From NCBI GenBank assembly GCA_964386355.1, contig CAYLQQ010000004.1, positions 7,505 to 71,504 on the forward strand: a DNA stretch of 64,000 bases. Reading direction: 5' to 3'. Each line of letters begins with the position of its first letter. The first letter of the stretch is position 1. The translations under genes and the position numbers were made by a program. This DNA comes from an uncultured Pseudomonadales bacterium (GTDB lineage: Bacteria > Patescibacteriota > Microgenomatia > UBA1400 > UBA1449). The notes below the pieces were generated by a model. That model saw only the letters and a program-made list of their open reading frames with translations. It was not told where the DNA came from and did no database searches. Positions 19,319 to 28,110 of this stretch are shown in pieces.

Positions 19319-19549
19319 CTATTTTTCTAAAACTTCTGTAACTTTCCAACATACAAGCTTACTGATAGGTTTAATTTGTTCAATTTTTACAAGAGCACCT
19401 TCTTTAATTGCTTTCTCCGTATGAGCATGGTATTTTGTGCTTCTTTTCAACCTTATTTTATATACAGGATGCTCCCATAATGTTTCAACCATTATGGTTA
19501 CTGTATCTTTCATTTTATTGGATGTGACTTTACCTATTACTGTTTTCAT
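19319..19549 (-). CDS. rpsQ: 30S ribosomal protein S17
   Basis: GKVTSNKM, HPVY, KPISK; position in operon. Confidence 0.95.
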   Translation of the reverse strand: MKTVIGKVTSNKMKDTVTIMVETLWEHPVYKIRLKRSTKYHAHTEKAIKEGALVKIEQIKPISKLVCWKVTEVLEK

Positions 19550-19670
19550 TTTATGTAATCATCGTTGCAAAGCATAGCTTGTTTTTTTACGTAAACCAGC
19601 CTGTAGTTTTAATATACGGTCTGGCTAATCCCAAAGCTAAGCTTCGTCGCAATGCTCCTAGCAATAACGA

Positions 19671-19862
19671 CTATTTTTCTGTCATTATTGTTCTAATTAT
19701 TGCTCTCTCTTTCCTTAAATTCTTCATAGTATGTACATTCTTAAGTTTTCCCATCATATAATCCATTTTTGCACTTACCAATTCCTTTGATATTTCTAGT
19801 AATCGTTTCTCTAATGATTGCGTATCCTGATTTCGTAATTCGTTAATTTTATCTTGCTTCAT
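19671..19862 (-). CDS. rpmC: 50S ribosomal protein L29
   Basis: ELR...LKNVH..KNLRKERAIIRT; position in operon. Confidence 0.93.
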   Translation of the reverse strand: MKQDKINELRNQDTQSLEKRLLEISKELVSAKMDYMMGKLKNVHTMKNLRKERAIIRTIMTEK

Positions 19863-19943
19863 ATAAACTATTTCAAGTAATTTTCAAGCGTAGCGCCAAA
19901 ATTACTTAGAAATCGTTATGCCAATTGCATGCAGTTGGCAAAT
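19863..19943 (-). promoter_or_regulatory. two-hairpin intergenic element, copy A (before rpmC)
   Basis: Homologous to 20381-20470 with compensatory stem changes. Confidence 0.65.
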
Positions 19944-19966
19944 TATCATTAAATCTTTTTCACAAC

Positions 19967-20380
19967 TTATAATGTAGCCTTTTTATCTTCAAAACGTGTT
20001 TTGATTCCAAATTTACGGCTGGCAAGCCGTAGCGCTTCGGTTGCCATCTCTTTTGTGACTCCGGCAATCTCTAACATTACCCGTCCCGGTCTTACGACTG
20101 CCACATACCCAAACAAATCTCCTTTACCTGAACCCATACGTGATCCTGCAGGCCGTTTAGTAATAGGCTTGTCCGGAAAAATACGGATGTATACCTTTGC
20201 CTGACGCTTTGTATAGTTAGCTATTGTTTTACGGGCTGCTTCGATCTGGTTACCTGGAACCCATCCGCACTGGAGAGCTTTCAATGCATATTCTCCAAAT
20301 GAGATGTCTGAGCCCGCTATAGCCATGCCTCGACGTTTGCCTCTGAATTGTTTCCGGTATTTAGTTCGTTTCGGTTGCAT
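19967..20380 (-). CDS. rplP: 50S ribosomal protein L16
   Basis: PKRTKYRK, RIFPD, RMGSGKG. Confidence 0.98.
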   Translation of the reverse strand: MQPKRTKYRKQFRGKRRGMAIAGSDISFGEYALKALQCGWVPGNQIEAARKTIANYTKRQAKVYIRIFPDKPITKRPAGSRMGSGKGDLFGYVAVVRPGRVMLEIAGVTKEMATEALRLASRKFGIKTRFEDKKATL

Positions 20381-20470
20381 ATAAACTAATTCAATTGATT
20401 TTTCAAATGTAATGATGAAAAATCAGTTAGAATTCGTTATGCCTGAGCACAATTTGTGCGATAGGCAAAA
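20381..20470 (-). promoter_or_regulatory. two-hairpin intergenic element, copy B (before rplP)
   Basis: Homologous to 19863-19943. Confidence 0.65.
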
Positions 20471-20488
20471 CTATTATAATTGTTCTTT

Positions 20489-21142
20489 TTATATCCTCTG
20501 CTCTCCGTTATTAACCCACACTTTGATTCCGACGTAGCCTGACTTGGTCAGTGCTGGCATTTCTGCGTAGTCAATATCTGCTCTGATTGTTTGGCTTGGA
20601 ACTGTTCCTTTGCCGTACTTTTCCACGCGTGCAATTTCTGCTCCGCCGATACGACCTGCAAGCTGAATCTTTACTCCTTTAACGCCTGCATCCATCGCAT
20701 TATCTATTGCTTGATTAACTGCCCTTCTGTGTGGATACCTACCAATCAGTTGATCACTAAGTCTTTGAGCAATTGAGTGTGCATGAGCATTTGGATTTTT
20801 TACTTCTTCGACTTTTACATCCAATTTTATAGCTTTAGGGTCATTTTCTTTAATACGTAACTTTTTCATGATCTCTTTTTTCAAAGCCTCCATTCCTGAT
20901 CCACCTTTTCCGATCACAACACCTGGCCTTGAAACATGGACAAAAATTTTGATTTTTTTGATTGAACGCTCAATATCTACTTTAATAATGCCTGCATTTT
21001 TCAGTTTAGCCATCACAAATTTGCGAAGCTCAAGATCTTGTAAAAGTAGGTCTTTGTAGTCATGCTGATTTGCAAACCAGCGTGACTTCCAACTATATAG
21101 AGTACCTAACCTGAAACCGAACGGATTTACTTTTTTACCCAT
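20489..21142 (-). CDS. rpsC: 30S ribosomal protein S3
   Basis: GKKVNPFGFRLG, RPGVVIG, RADIDY. Confidence 0.98.
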   Translation of the reverse strand: MGKKVNPFGFRLGTLYSWKSRWFANQHDYKDLLLQDLELRKFVMAKLKNAGIIKVDIERSIKKIKIFVHVSRPGVVIGKGGSGMEALKKEIMKKLRIKENDPKAIKLDVKVEEVKNPNAHAHSIAQRLSDQLIGRYPHRRAVNQAIDNAMDAGVKGVKIQLAGRIGGAEIARVEKYGKGTVPSQTIRADIDYAEMPALTKSGYVGIKVWVNNGEQRI

Positions 21143-21147
21143 AGTGA

Positions 21148-21495
21148 TTATTTTGCAGCTTCTTTGGGGCTGCCTTCCAATACAACTTTTATATGACTTG
21201 TTCTCTTTTGTATCATCCGTGCTCTGCCTCGTGCACCAGCTCTAAATCTTTTGTAACGTGGACCTTCTTCTATCATAATGTGCTTAGTTTTTAAACCCTT
21301 TTCCTCTAATTTTTGATCGGTTGCGTTTGCTACTGCCTGTTTCATTACCTTATACAAAATTCCTGCAGCCCCTTTATGTGTAAATTTAAGGTTTAGTAAT
21401 GCTTTTTGAGGGTGCAGCAACCGTACACTATCAGCTACCAGACGTAACTTTCTGGGAGTAATACGAATTAGTTTTTGGTATGCACTAACTTCCAT
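21148..21495 (-). CDS. rplV: 50S ribosomal protein L22
   Basis: PRKLRLVAD, AVANA, RARGRA, TSHI. Confidence 0.97.
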   Translation of the reverse strand: MEVSAYQKLIRITPRKLRLVADSVRLLHPQKALLNLKFTHKGAAGILYKVMKQAVANATDQKLEEKGLKTKHIMIEEGPRYKRFRAGARGRARMIQKRTSHIKVVLEGSPKEAAK

Positions 21496-21512
21496 ATATT
21501 CTTAAATAATCT

Positions 21513-21797
21513 TTATGTCTTTGTAAGCACGCGTTTAACCATCTTACCGTGTCCATGAAATGTACGTGTTGGAGAAAATTCTCCAAGACGATGACCTACC
21601 ATTGCTTCGGTAATATAAACTTCGATAAATTTTTTGCCATTATGAATGCCAAATGTGTGGCCGACAAAGTCTGGCGCAATCTGGCTATCACGTGCCCATG
21701 TTTTTATCACATCTTTTCTGCCTTGCATTTTCTGCTTGCTGACTTTTAACAGCAATTTTTCATTTACGTATGGTCCTTTTTTTGTACTTCTACTCAT
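21513..21797 (-). CDS. rpsS: 30S ribosomal protein S19
   Basis: [20 protein letters not shown]. Confidence 0.98.
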   Translation of the reverse strand: MSRSTKKGPYVNEKLLLKVSKQKMQGRKDVIKTWARDSQIAPDFVGHTFGIHNGKKFIEVYITEAMVGHRLGEFSPTRTFHGHGKMVKRVLTKT

Positions 21798-21798
21798 A

Positions 21799-22629
21799 TT
21801 ACTTCTTTCTCCTGCTAATTATGTACTTATTTGAATGTTTCTTCTTTTGTCTTGTTATAACTCCCTGTACACGTTTTCCGTACACTGACTTGGGTGCTTT
21901 CATACCTACCCCTGATCGTCCTTCTCCACCTCCATGCGGATGAGAGTTCGGTGACATGGCTGTACCACGAACACTTGGGCGAACACCTCTGTGCCTATTG
22001 CGTCCAGCTTTACCGATGCTTACGTTTTTCCAATCTTGATTACTTACTTGACCTATAGTTGCAAAACATTCCTGATGAACTCGACGGATCTCACCCGAAG
22101 GTAAGAGCAGATTAGCAAATCCGGCTTCTTTTGATTGAACAATAACCGCCGTCCCTGCTGATCGAGCCATTTGAGCACCTTTACCAGCTGTAAGCTCAAT
22201 ATTATGGATTGGTACTCCAATTGGAATATTTGCCAAAGGCATGGCATTACCGATCAGGGCTTCACCTGTTTCTGAAGAGATTATTGTATCACCAATTTTT
22301 AGATTGTCAGGACATAAAATATAGCGTTTTTCTCCATCAGCATAGTTTAAAAGAGCAATATTTGCAGTTCTGTTTGGATCATACTCAATGGCTGCCACTT
22401 TTGCTGAGATATCTTTTTTATCGCGTTTAAAATCAATTATACGCAGGTAGCGTTTTTCTCCGGAACCTTGGTGACGTACTGTAATCCGACCAGTATTGTT
22501 ACGTCCTGAATTTTTCTTCAAGATCATGCTCAAACTCCGTACTGGTTTAGCTTTTTTGCTAGCTCCAGTATGTAAAAAATGGAGATGTCGTTGAGCATTC
22601 GTTCGTGGTCGGGATATTTTGACTGCCAT
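21799..22629 (-). CDS. rplB: 50S ribosomal protein L2
   Basis: [23 protein letters not shown]. Confidence 0.98.
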   Translation of the reverse strand: MAVKISRPRTNAQRHLHFLHTGASKKAKPVRSLSMILKKNSGRNNTGRITVRHQGSGEKRYLRIIDFKRDKKDISAKVAAIEYDPNRTANIALLNYADGEKRYILCPDNLKIGDTIISSETGEALIGNAMPLANIPIGVPIHNIELTAGKGAQMARSAGTAVIVQSKEAGFANLLLPSGEIRRVHQECFATIGQVSNQDWKNVSIGKAGRNRHRGVRPSVRGTAMSPNSHPHGGGEGRSGVGMKAPKSVYGKRVQGVITRQKKKHSNKYIISRRKK

Positions 22630-22634
22630 ATATC

Positions 22635-22934
22635 TTATTTATCTTCTTTAATATCAAATAAGTCTATTTTTTCACCTTTTTTAACAGTAACCATCGCTTT
22701 TTTGCTATCAGACATTTTTTTAGGTGTCCGTTTAGCTCCAAATCTTCGCTCCTTGCCTTTGATAACACTTGTAGCTACGTCGATGACATGTACATTAAAT
22801 GCTGTAGTCACTGCAGTAGCAACTTGATCTTTGTTTGCCTCTCTTGCAACTTCAAAAGTATAAATGCCGTTTTGAGCAAGTACCATAGATTTTTCACTAA
22901 TGATCGGTTTGATGATTACTAAATCAATTTGCAT
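22635..22934 (-). CDS. rplW: 50S ribosomal protein L23
   Basis: PIISEKS, YTFEV, KKAMVT. Confidence 0.96.
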   Translation of the reverse strand: MQIDLVIIKPIISEKSMVLAQNGIYTFEVAREANKDQVATAVTTAFNVHVIDVATSVIKGKERRFGAKRTPKKMSDSKKAMVTVKKGEKIDLFDIKEDK

Positions 22935-22938
22935 ATCG

Positions 22939-23580
22939 TTACTTAACTAATCTTTTTTCTAATATTTTTATTGATTCAACTGCCATAAACAACCAGTGGC
23001 TTTTTACAACTTCAAAGGTTGTCAAATCCTGGCAACGTAGGACTGTTACGCCTTCTAAATTCCTAGCCGATTTTTGTGCTGTTTCCATCTTGCCATCGAC
23101 AACTATTCCCATGTGACGTCTTTCAGTTGGTTTTTCAATTAAACTAGTAAATAATTTGTTCATGTCTTTAGTTTTTGGCGCTTTTAAGTCTGACAAACCT
23201 TTAATAAGCAGGATTTTCTTTTCTTTAGCCAGAAGTGACAAGGCACTCTTTAGAGCTGCAACCCTCATCTTCTTTGGCAGATCAAGACTATAATTCTGAT
23301 TACCTCTCGGACCATGCGCTACTCCTCCCCCAACATAAATAGGGGCTCTACGGCTGCCATGTCTGGCTTGACCGGTACCTTTTTGGCGGTAGACTTTTTT
23401 AGTAGTTCTGCTTATCTCACTTCTTGTTAAAGATTTTGCATTCCCCAATCTTTGGTTGCCCTGATATACACGAACCGCCTGAGCCATAAGCTGTTCATTT
23501 ATCTTTGCTTCAAAAATATCTTTAGGCAATGTAATTTGCTCAATTTTAGCCCCGGTAAGATCAAATACATCTAGTTTCAT
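22939..23580 (-). CDS. rplD: 50S ribosomal protein L4
   Basis: QKGTGQARHGS, GGGVAHGP. Confidence 0.97.
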   Translation of the reverse strand: MKLDVFDLTGAKIEQITLPKDIFEAKINEQLMAQAVRVYQGNQRLGNAKSLTRSEISRTTKKVYRQKGTGQARHGSRRAPIYVGGGVAHGPRGNQNYSLDLPKKMRVAALKSALSLLAKEKKILLIKGLSDLKAPKTKDMNKLFTSLIEKPTERRHMGIVVDGKMETAQKSARNLEGVTVLRCQDLTTFEVVKSHWLFMAVESIKILEKRLVK

Positions 23581-23582
23581 AT

Positions 23583-24356
23583 TTATTCTGCTTTCTTTTC
23601 TTCATGTGTTTCTGTTTCAGCTTGTTTACTAGAAGCTTCAACTGTATCTTCAACAACGTCAGTTGCTTGCTCAACTTCTGTTTCTTTTGGCGCTTCTTCA
23701 ATGTGTTTTTCTTCCTCTAATAGACCAACAAACTTACCATCCCTCATTTTTGTTATACTCACTAAGGTATTCTTGCCTCCGGGCACTGTACCTGTTACCC
23801 ACATTTCTCCAAGCTTTGTATCAATTTTTACTACTTGAGACCCCAAAACTGCAATTGCTTCATTTCCCATCCGTCCAGCCATACGTTTTCCTTTCCAGAT
23901 TCTGCCTGGGCTTGTGCCCTGGCCAATAGCTCCAGGAGCACGTTCTCTATCTGACTGGCCATGCGTACGAGGTCCACCTCTAAATCCATGTCGTTTCATG
24001 CCCCCTGCAAATCCTTTACCTTTTGAGACTCCTGTGATTTTTACAATATCGCCAACCTCAAATGTTTCAGTAATCTTAAGCACATCTCCCGCTTTTATTT
24101 CCCCAACTTCTTCTACTCGTATCTCGCGTAAATAACGGGGCACTTTATTAATTACTTTTGTATGTCCGGTTACCGGTTTGCTGTCTTTTGTTTTTGATCC
24201 AATTGCTACCTGTAAAGCAGTATACTTGTCTTTTTCAAAAGTTTTAACTTGCACAACAGGTAGATCTTCGATCCGCAGGCGCGTAATGAATAAACGTTTA
24301 CCGTCTTTATTGAATGTATGCGATTGATCTCGTTTTGTCGCGTAATAACTATTCAT
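23583..24356 (-). CDS. rplC: 50S ribosomal protein L3 with acidic tail
   Basis: SKGKGFAGGMKRH, THG, RMAGRMG. Confidence 0.97.
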   Translation of the reverse strand: MNSYYATKRDQSHTFNKDGKRLFITRLRIEDLPVVQVKTFEKDKYTALQVAIGSKTKDSKPVTGHTKVINKVPRYLREIRVEEVGEIKAGDVLKITETFEVGDIVKITGVSKGKGFAGGMKRHGFRGGPRTHGQSDRERAPGAIGQGTSPGRIWKGKRMAGRMGNEAIAVLGSQVVKIDTKLGEMWVTGTVPGGKNTLVSITKMRDGKFVGLLEEEKHIEEAPKETEVEQATDVVEDTVEASSKQAETETHEEKKAE

Positions 24357-24360
24357 AATT

Positions 24361-24383
24361 AAAAAAGCCCGTCATTCGGGCTT
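24361..24383 (-). terminator. intrinsic-terminator-like hairpin 4 nt before the rplC start
   Basis: AAGCCCG-AATGA-CGGGCTT followed by a T run on the minus strand. Confidence 0.7.
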
Positions 24384-24458
24384 CTGTCCAAATGTGTCGT
24401 TTTTCTGTTATGTTGTGATCAGTGCTTGTGGCATGATTATGACAACAAAAATCGGGTT

Positions 24459-24487
24459 ATTATAAATTATTTTCTACTATTTTTCAA
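24459..24487 (-). promoter_or_regulatory. promoter between rpsJ and rplC
   Basis: TTGAAA-17nt-TATAAT. Confidence 0.7.
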
Positions 24488-24490
24488 AAA

Positions 24491-24802
24491 CTACATCTTA
24501 ATCTCAATGCCTACGCCTGCCGGTAATTCAAGATGCATCAAAGAGTCAATTGTCTTTTCGCTCGGACTAATGATATCAATCAATCTCTTGTGTGTAAGGA
24601 CCTGAAAATGTTCACGAGCGTCTTTATCAGTATGTGGACTGATCAGTACCGGAAACTTCTTATGTTTGGTTGGTAAAGGTACTGGTCCTACCACCTTAGC
24701 GCCAGTTGAAAGCGCTGTCTGCAGTATTTTATTACAACACTCATCAATCACTCTGTGATCAAAAGCTTTCAGTTTGACTCTAATTCTAGGTGCATCTGCC
24801 AT
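24491..24802 (-). CDS. rpsJ: 30S ribosomal protein S10
   Basis: [24 protein letters not shown]. Confidence 0.98.
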   Translation of the reverse strand: MADAPRIRVKLKAFDHRVIDECCNKILQTALSTGAKVVGPVPLPTKHKKFPVLISPHTDKDAREHFQVLTHKRLIDIISPSEKTIDSLMHLELPAGVGIEIKM

Positions 24803-24827
24803 AATATTTTTGTATTAATAATTCTTC

Positions 24828-24857
24828 AAAAAGAATCCCGAGCCTTACGGCTCGGGA
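24828..24857 (-). terminator. terminator downstream of tuf
   Basis: TCCCGAGCC-GTAA-GGCTCGGGA then TTCTTTTT. Confidence 0.75.
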
Positions 24858-24872
24858 CCCATGTTTGACAAA

Positions 24873-26051
24873 TTATTTGATGATTTTTGTAATGGCTCCG
24901 GCTCCGACAGTTTTACCACCTTCTCGGATAGCAAACCGCAAACCCTCTTCCATAGCCACGGGTACGATCAACTGGGCTGTCATCTTGGCGTTATCACCAG
25001 GCATAACCATTTCTACACCTTTTTCGAGCGTGATCTCACCGGTAATATCGGTAGTCTTAATGTAGAACTGAGGTTTGTAGCCCGAGAAAAATGGAGTATG
25101 TCTACCGCCCTCTTCTTTGGATAGGATGTATACCTGACACTCAAACTCAGTATGAGGAGTGATGCTTCCTTTCTTGGCTAAAACCTGACCTCTTTCAATA
25201 TCATCTTTTTCGATTCCGCGAAGCAAAATACCTACATTATCTCCAGCCTGACCCTCATCCAATTGCTTTCTAAACATTTCTACTCCGGTAACAGTTGAGG
25301 TGCGGGTATCTTTAATACCAATAATCTCAATCTCTTCTCCAACTTTTATAACACCGCGCTCGATTCGTCCGGTAACAACTGTTCCTCGACCTTTGATAGA
25401 AAAGACGTCTTCAACTGGCATCAGGAATGGCTTGTCCAATGGGCGTTCAGGAGTAGGAATATGAGAATCAACAGCCTCCATAAGCTTTAAAATGTTTTCC
25501 TGTTCTTTTGCGTCATCTTCCAGAGCTTTCAGGGCTGAACCGCGGATAACTGGAGTTGTATCACCTGGGAATTCATATTTCTTCAAAAGATCGCGAACTT
25601 CTTCTTCTACCAAGTCAATCATTTCTGGGTCATCTACCATGTCACATTTGTTTAAGAAAACGACGATTGCGGGTACGTTTACCTGTTTAGCTAAAAGAAT
25701 ATGTTCTTTGGTCTGGGGCATAGGACCGTCTGTGGCGGCTACGACTAAAATCGCACCATCCATCTGAGCGGCTCCAGTAATCATGTTCTTGATGTAGTCT
25801 TTGTGACCTGGACAGTCAATATGAGCATAGTGACGGTTTTCAGTCTGATATTCAACGTGAGTAATAGAAATGGTAATACCACGGGCTTTTTCTTCTGGTG
25901 CTTTATCAATCTGATCGTATTTAAGCTCATCTGCCATTCCTTTAGCAGCCAATGTTTTGGTGATAGCTGCTGTAAGAGTTGTCTTACCATGGTCTACGTG
26001 TCCGATGGTACCAATGTTTAGATGAGGTTTGTTTCTGACAAATGTAGCCAT
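24873..26051 (-). CDS. tuf: elongation factor Tu
   Basis: [28 protein letters not shown]; AAGGAG SD. Confidence 0.99.
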   Translation of the reverse strand: MATFVRNKPHLNIGTIGHVDHGKTTLTAAITKTLAAKGMADELKYDQIDKAPEEKARGITISITHVEYQTENRHYAHIDCPGHKDYIKNMITGAAQMDGAILVVAATDGPMPQTKEHILLAKQVNVPAIVVFLNKCDMVDDPEMIDLVEEEVRDLLKKYEFPGDTTPVIRGSALKALEDDAKEQENILKLMEAVDSHIPTPERPLDKPFLMPVEDVFSIKGRGTVVTGRIERGVIKVGEEIEIIGIKDTRTSTVTGVEMFRKQLDEGQAGDNVGILLRGIEKDDIERGQVLAKKGSITPHTEFECQVYILSKEEGGRHTPFFSGYKPQFYIKTTDITGEITLEKGVEMVMPGDNAKMTAQLIVPVAMEEGLRFAIREGGKTVGAGAITKIIK

Positions 26052-26214
26052 AGAAAGCTCCTTTCAACACATTTGATTAGAATTTATATTATTACAGTAA
26101 TTTAACAAAAATATAACAGCTCTTTAAAACAGAGTTATTATAGCCGAAAATTTTCAATTTGAAAGAGTCAAAAGAAATATAACCGGCTAATTTCTAGCAG
26201 TTTTGAATAGATGG

Positions 26215-26244
26215 ATTATACCAAAAAAAAAGAGAGATGTGCAA
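26215..26244 (-). promoter_or_regulatory. promoter upstream of tuf
   Basis: TTGCAC-18nt-TATAAT with TG extension. Confidence 0.6.
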
Positions 26245-26296
26245 AGGGAATGTGTAATTAAATTGAATAGGAAATTCCGTCTCGTTTTATAACTTA

Positions 26297-26623
26297 TTAC
26301 TTCTTTGATGAGGTCCCAAAAAACGTATCAATCACTGCATGTGTAGGAGCGGTAGGAAAAAAGGGAATTATTGAAGTAATAACCTTCAAAAAGCCTGGTA
26401 TTTTTCTGCCATCTTTATATGTCCGTACTCCTTTGGCTAAACCTAGTGCATCACCAAAAGCCAGTAATGGAAAAAATGGAATGGGAACATATTCAAGGCC
26501 AAATCTAGATATATATCCTCCCGCCGAATCAGATAGAAGAACATCAAGCAATCTTGATAAAATTCCCTCTTTCTCATCAAGAACTCTACCTGTTTCGACT
26601 CTAGTTATGTTAGATTGAGCCAT
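26297..26623 (-). CDS. hypothetical protein with hydrophobic stretches
   Basis: 108-aa ORF, two IPFFP segments. Confidence 0.6.
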   Translation of the reverse strand: MAQSNITRVETGRVLDEKEGILSRLLDVLLSDSAGGYISRFGLEYVPIPFFPLLAFGDALGLAKGVRTYKDGRKIPGFLKVITSIIPFFPTAPTHAVIDTFFGTSSKK

Positions 26624-26759
26624 GCTACAAAGCTTAATTATGTTATTGATTTATAGCATATCGTTACACGGTTAATATAATGACAACTATTGGATATGTT
26701 TTAAGTATGAAAAGTAGAGTTATTAATCCGTAACGTATTTTATACAAAAATCGATCTGG

Positions 26760-28046
26760 CTATTCTAAAACGAATCTGTATTGTTCCGGGAGCTTAATTG
26801 CATCAATTTGTTCTTTAATCTGTGCTTTTTCCATTTCTAATGTCCGTTCGTAGAATTGATTTTCTTTCTCAGGTATTTCTGTGTTTTCACTTATCGACAA
26901 TACTTTAGAATCTAGATCATATAGGTAGTTTTGTGATCCAATCAATAATAATTGGTCAGATTTGTGTATGTATCTGATATCAGTGATCTCTGATGGCATG
27001 TTTTGTTGAGCAATAACACCTTCTTTAACTTCTGGGGTGGATAGGGGTATAGCTATTACATAGGTAAAAATCCCCTCTAAATTTTTTATGTTCAATTGAG
27101 GATTTTCATTGCCTGTATGGTATGCCAAGATCATCCGGTCTTTTTTATCAATAGCAATAAATTTTTCGCCTTTTGCACAACCGCTAAAGGATTCAGCTAC
27201 ATTTTTGACACTGTTAACTGAAGGGTCAAACAACTTGTAAATATCCCTACCGCTACAGCCATCATACATCCAACCCTTTACCCAATAACGGTTTTCCCAA
27301 AATTTTATATGACCGTCTTCAATATCGCTCAATTTCTGAGGTACTTGGTTATCAGAAATTGGTAAATCAACCCAAAATACAGCCCCTCGTGCCAAATATC
27401 CACCCTGGGTAAAATATAATTTTTCATTAATCACCTGTAGATCATTTACTCTATAGGGTAGCCTATTATCTCCATTCCAAAACATATCCTTATATGTTTC
27501 GAGGCTAAAAATTGTTTTTTTGATACCGCTTGTTAAGTGATACCCATACACAGAACTATCTTTATTGTCAAATGCTCCGTTGCTATAAAATAGCCAATCA
27601 TTCCAAGATATAATAATTGAATTATCACAGTGTTCTGCACACAGACTAAATTGAGGCACGTATTGTCCATTACTATTTTTTTGCAGTACCCATTGTTTTG
27701 GTTTCGGAGTTGGATTAGGTGTAATGATGGGAGTAGGTATAGGTGTGGCAATATATGGAGTGCCGATAAGTTGAGCTGATGATCGAAGGTGCATTTTATT
27801 TGACCATTCGACCAACAGACGTTTTATACTGCTAGTTTGAATATCTATTTGAAAAGTGATGATACATGAACTGACAAATATAAAAATTATAAGTAATAAC
27901 GTAAAATAAAAATATAGCCTGTTAAACATACCATTTTGACTTGACTTTTTATCCTGATTCGTATTATCCAATTCTTCTTTGTTATAATTTTTGTCTGAAC
28001 CGATATCTTCTTCACTATTTTTTGATATTTTTGATTTTATCAGCAT
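26760..28046 (-). CDS. membrane-anchored extracellular protein, beta-rich (possible propeller); start at ATG 28046
   Basis: Single TM helix, TPIPTP linker, aromatic beta-rich domain with paired Cys. Confidence 0.7.
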   Translation of the reverse strand: MLIKSKISKNSEEDIGSDKNYNKEELDNTNQDKKSSQNGMFNRLYFYFTLLLIIFIFVSSCIITFQIDIQTSSIKRLLVEWSNKMHLRSSAQLIGTPYIATPIPTPIITPNPTPKPKQWVLQKNSNGQYVPQFSLCAEHCDNSIIISWNDWLFYSNGAFDNKDSSVYGYHLTSGIKKTIFSLETYKDMFWNGDNRLPYRVNDLQVINEKLYFTQGGYLARGAVFWVDLPISDNQVPQKLSDIEDGHIKFWENRYWVKGWMYDGCSGRDIYKLFDPSVNSVKNVAESFSGCAKGEKFIAIDKKDRMILAYHTGNENPQLNIKNLEGIFTYVIAIPLSTPEVKEGVIAQQNMPSEITDIRYIHKSDQLLLIGSQNYLYDLDSKVLSISENTEIPEKENQFYERTLEMEKAQIKEQIDAIKLPEQYRFVLE

Positions 28047-28061
28047 ATAAAAAGTATAACA

Positions 28062-28089
28062 AAAAGCGGGCACCGTTGGCCCGCTTTTA
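28062..28089 (-). terminator. bidirectional terminator after fusA
   Basis: AAAAGCGGGC-7nt-GCCCGCTTTT. Confidence 0.8.
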
Positions 28090-28110
28090 TTTTACATTTT
28101 TAAAAGCTTT

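Noticed and set aside
19579-19761. 60-aa ORF across the rpsQ-rpmC spacer
   Set aside because: Antisense to rpmC, TTG start, no coding features
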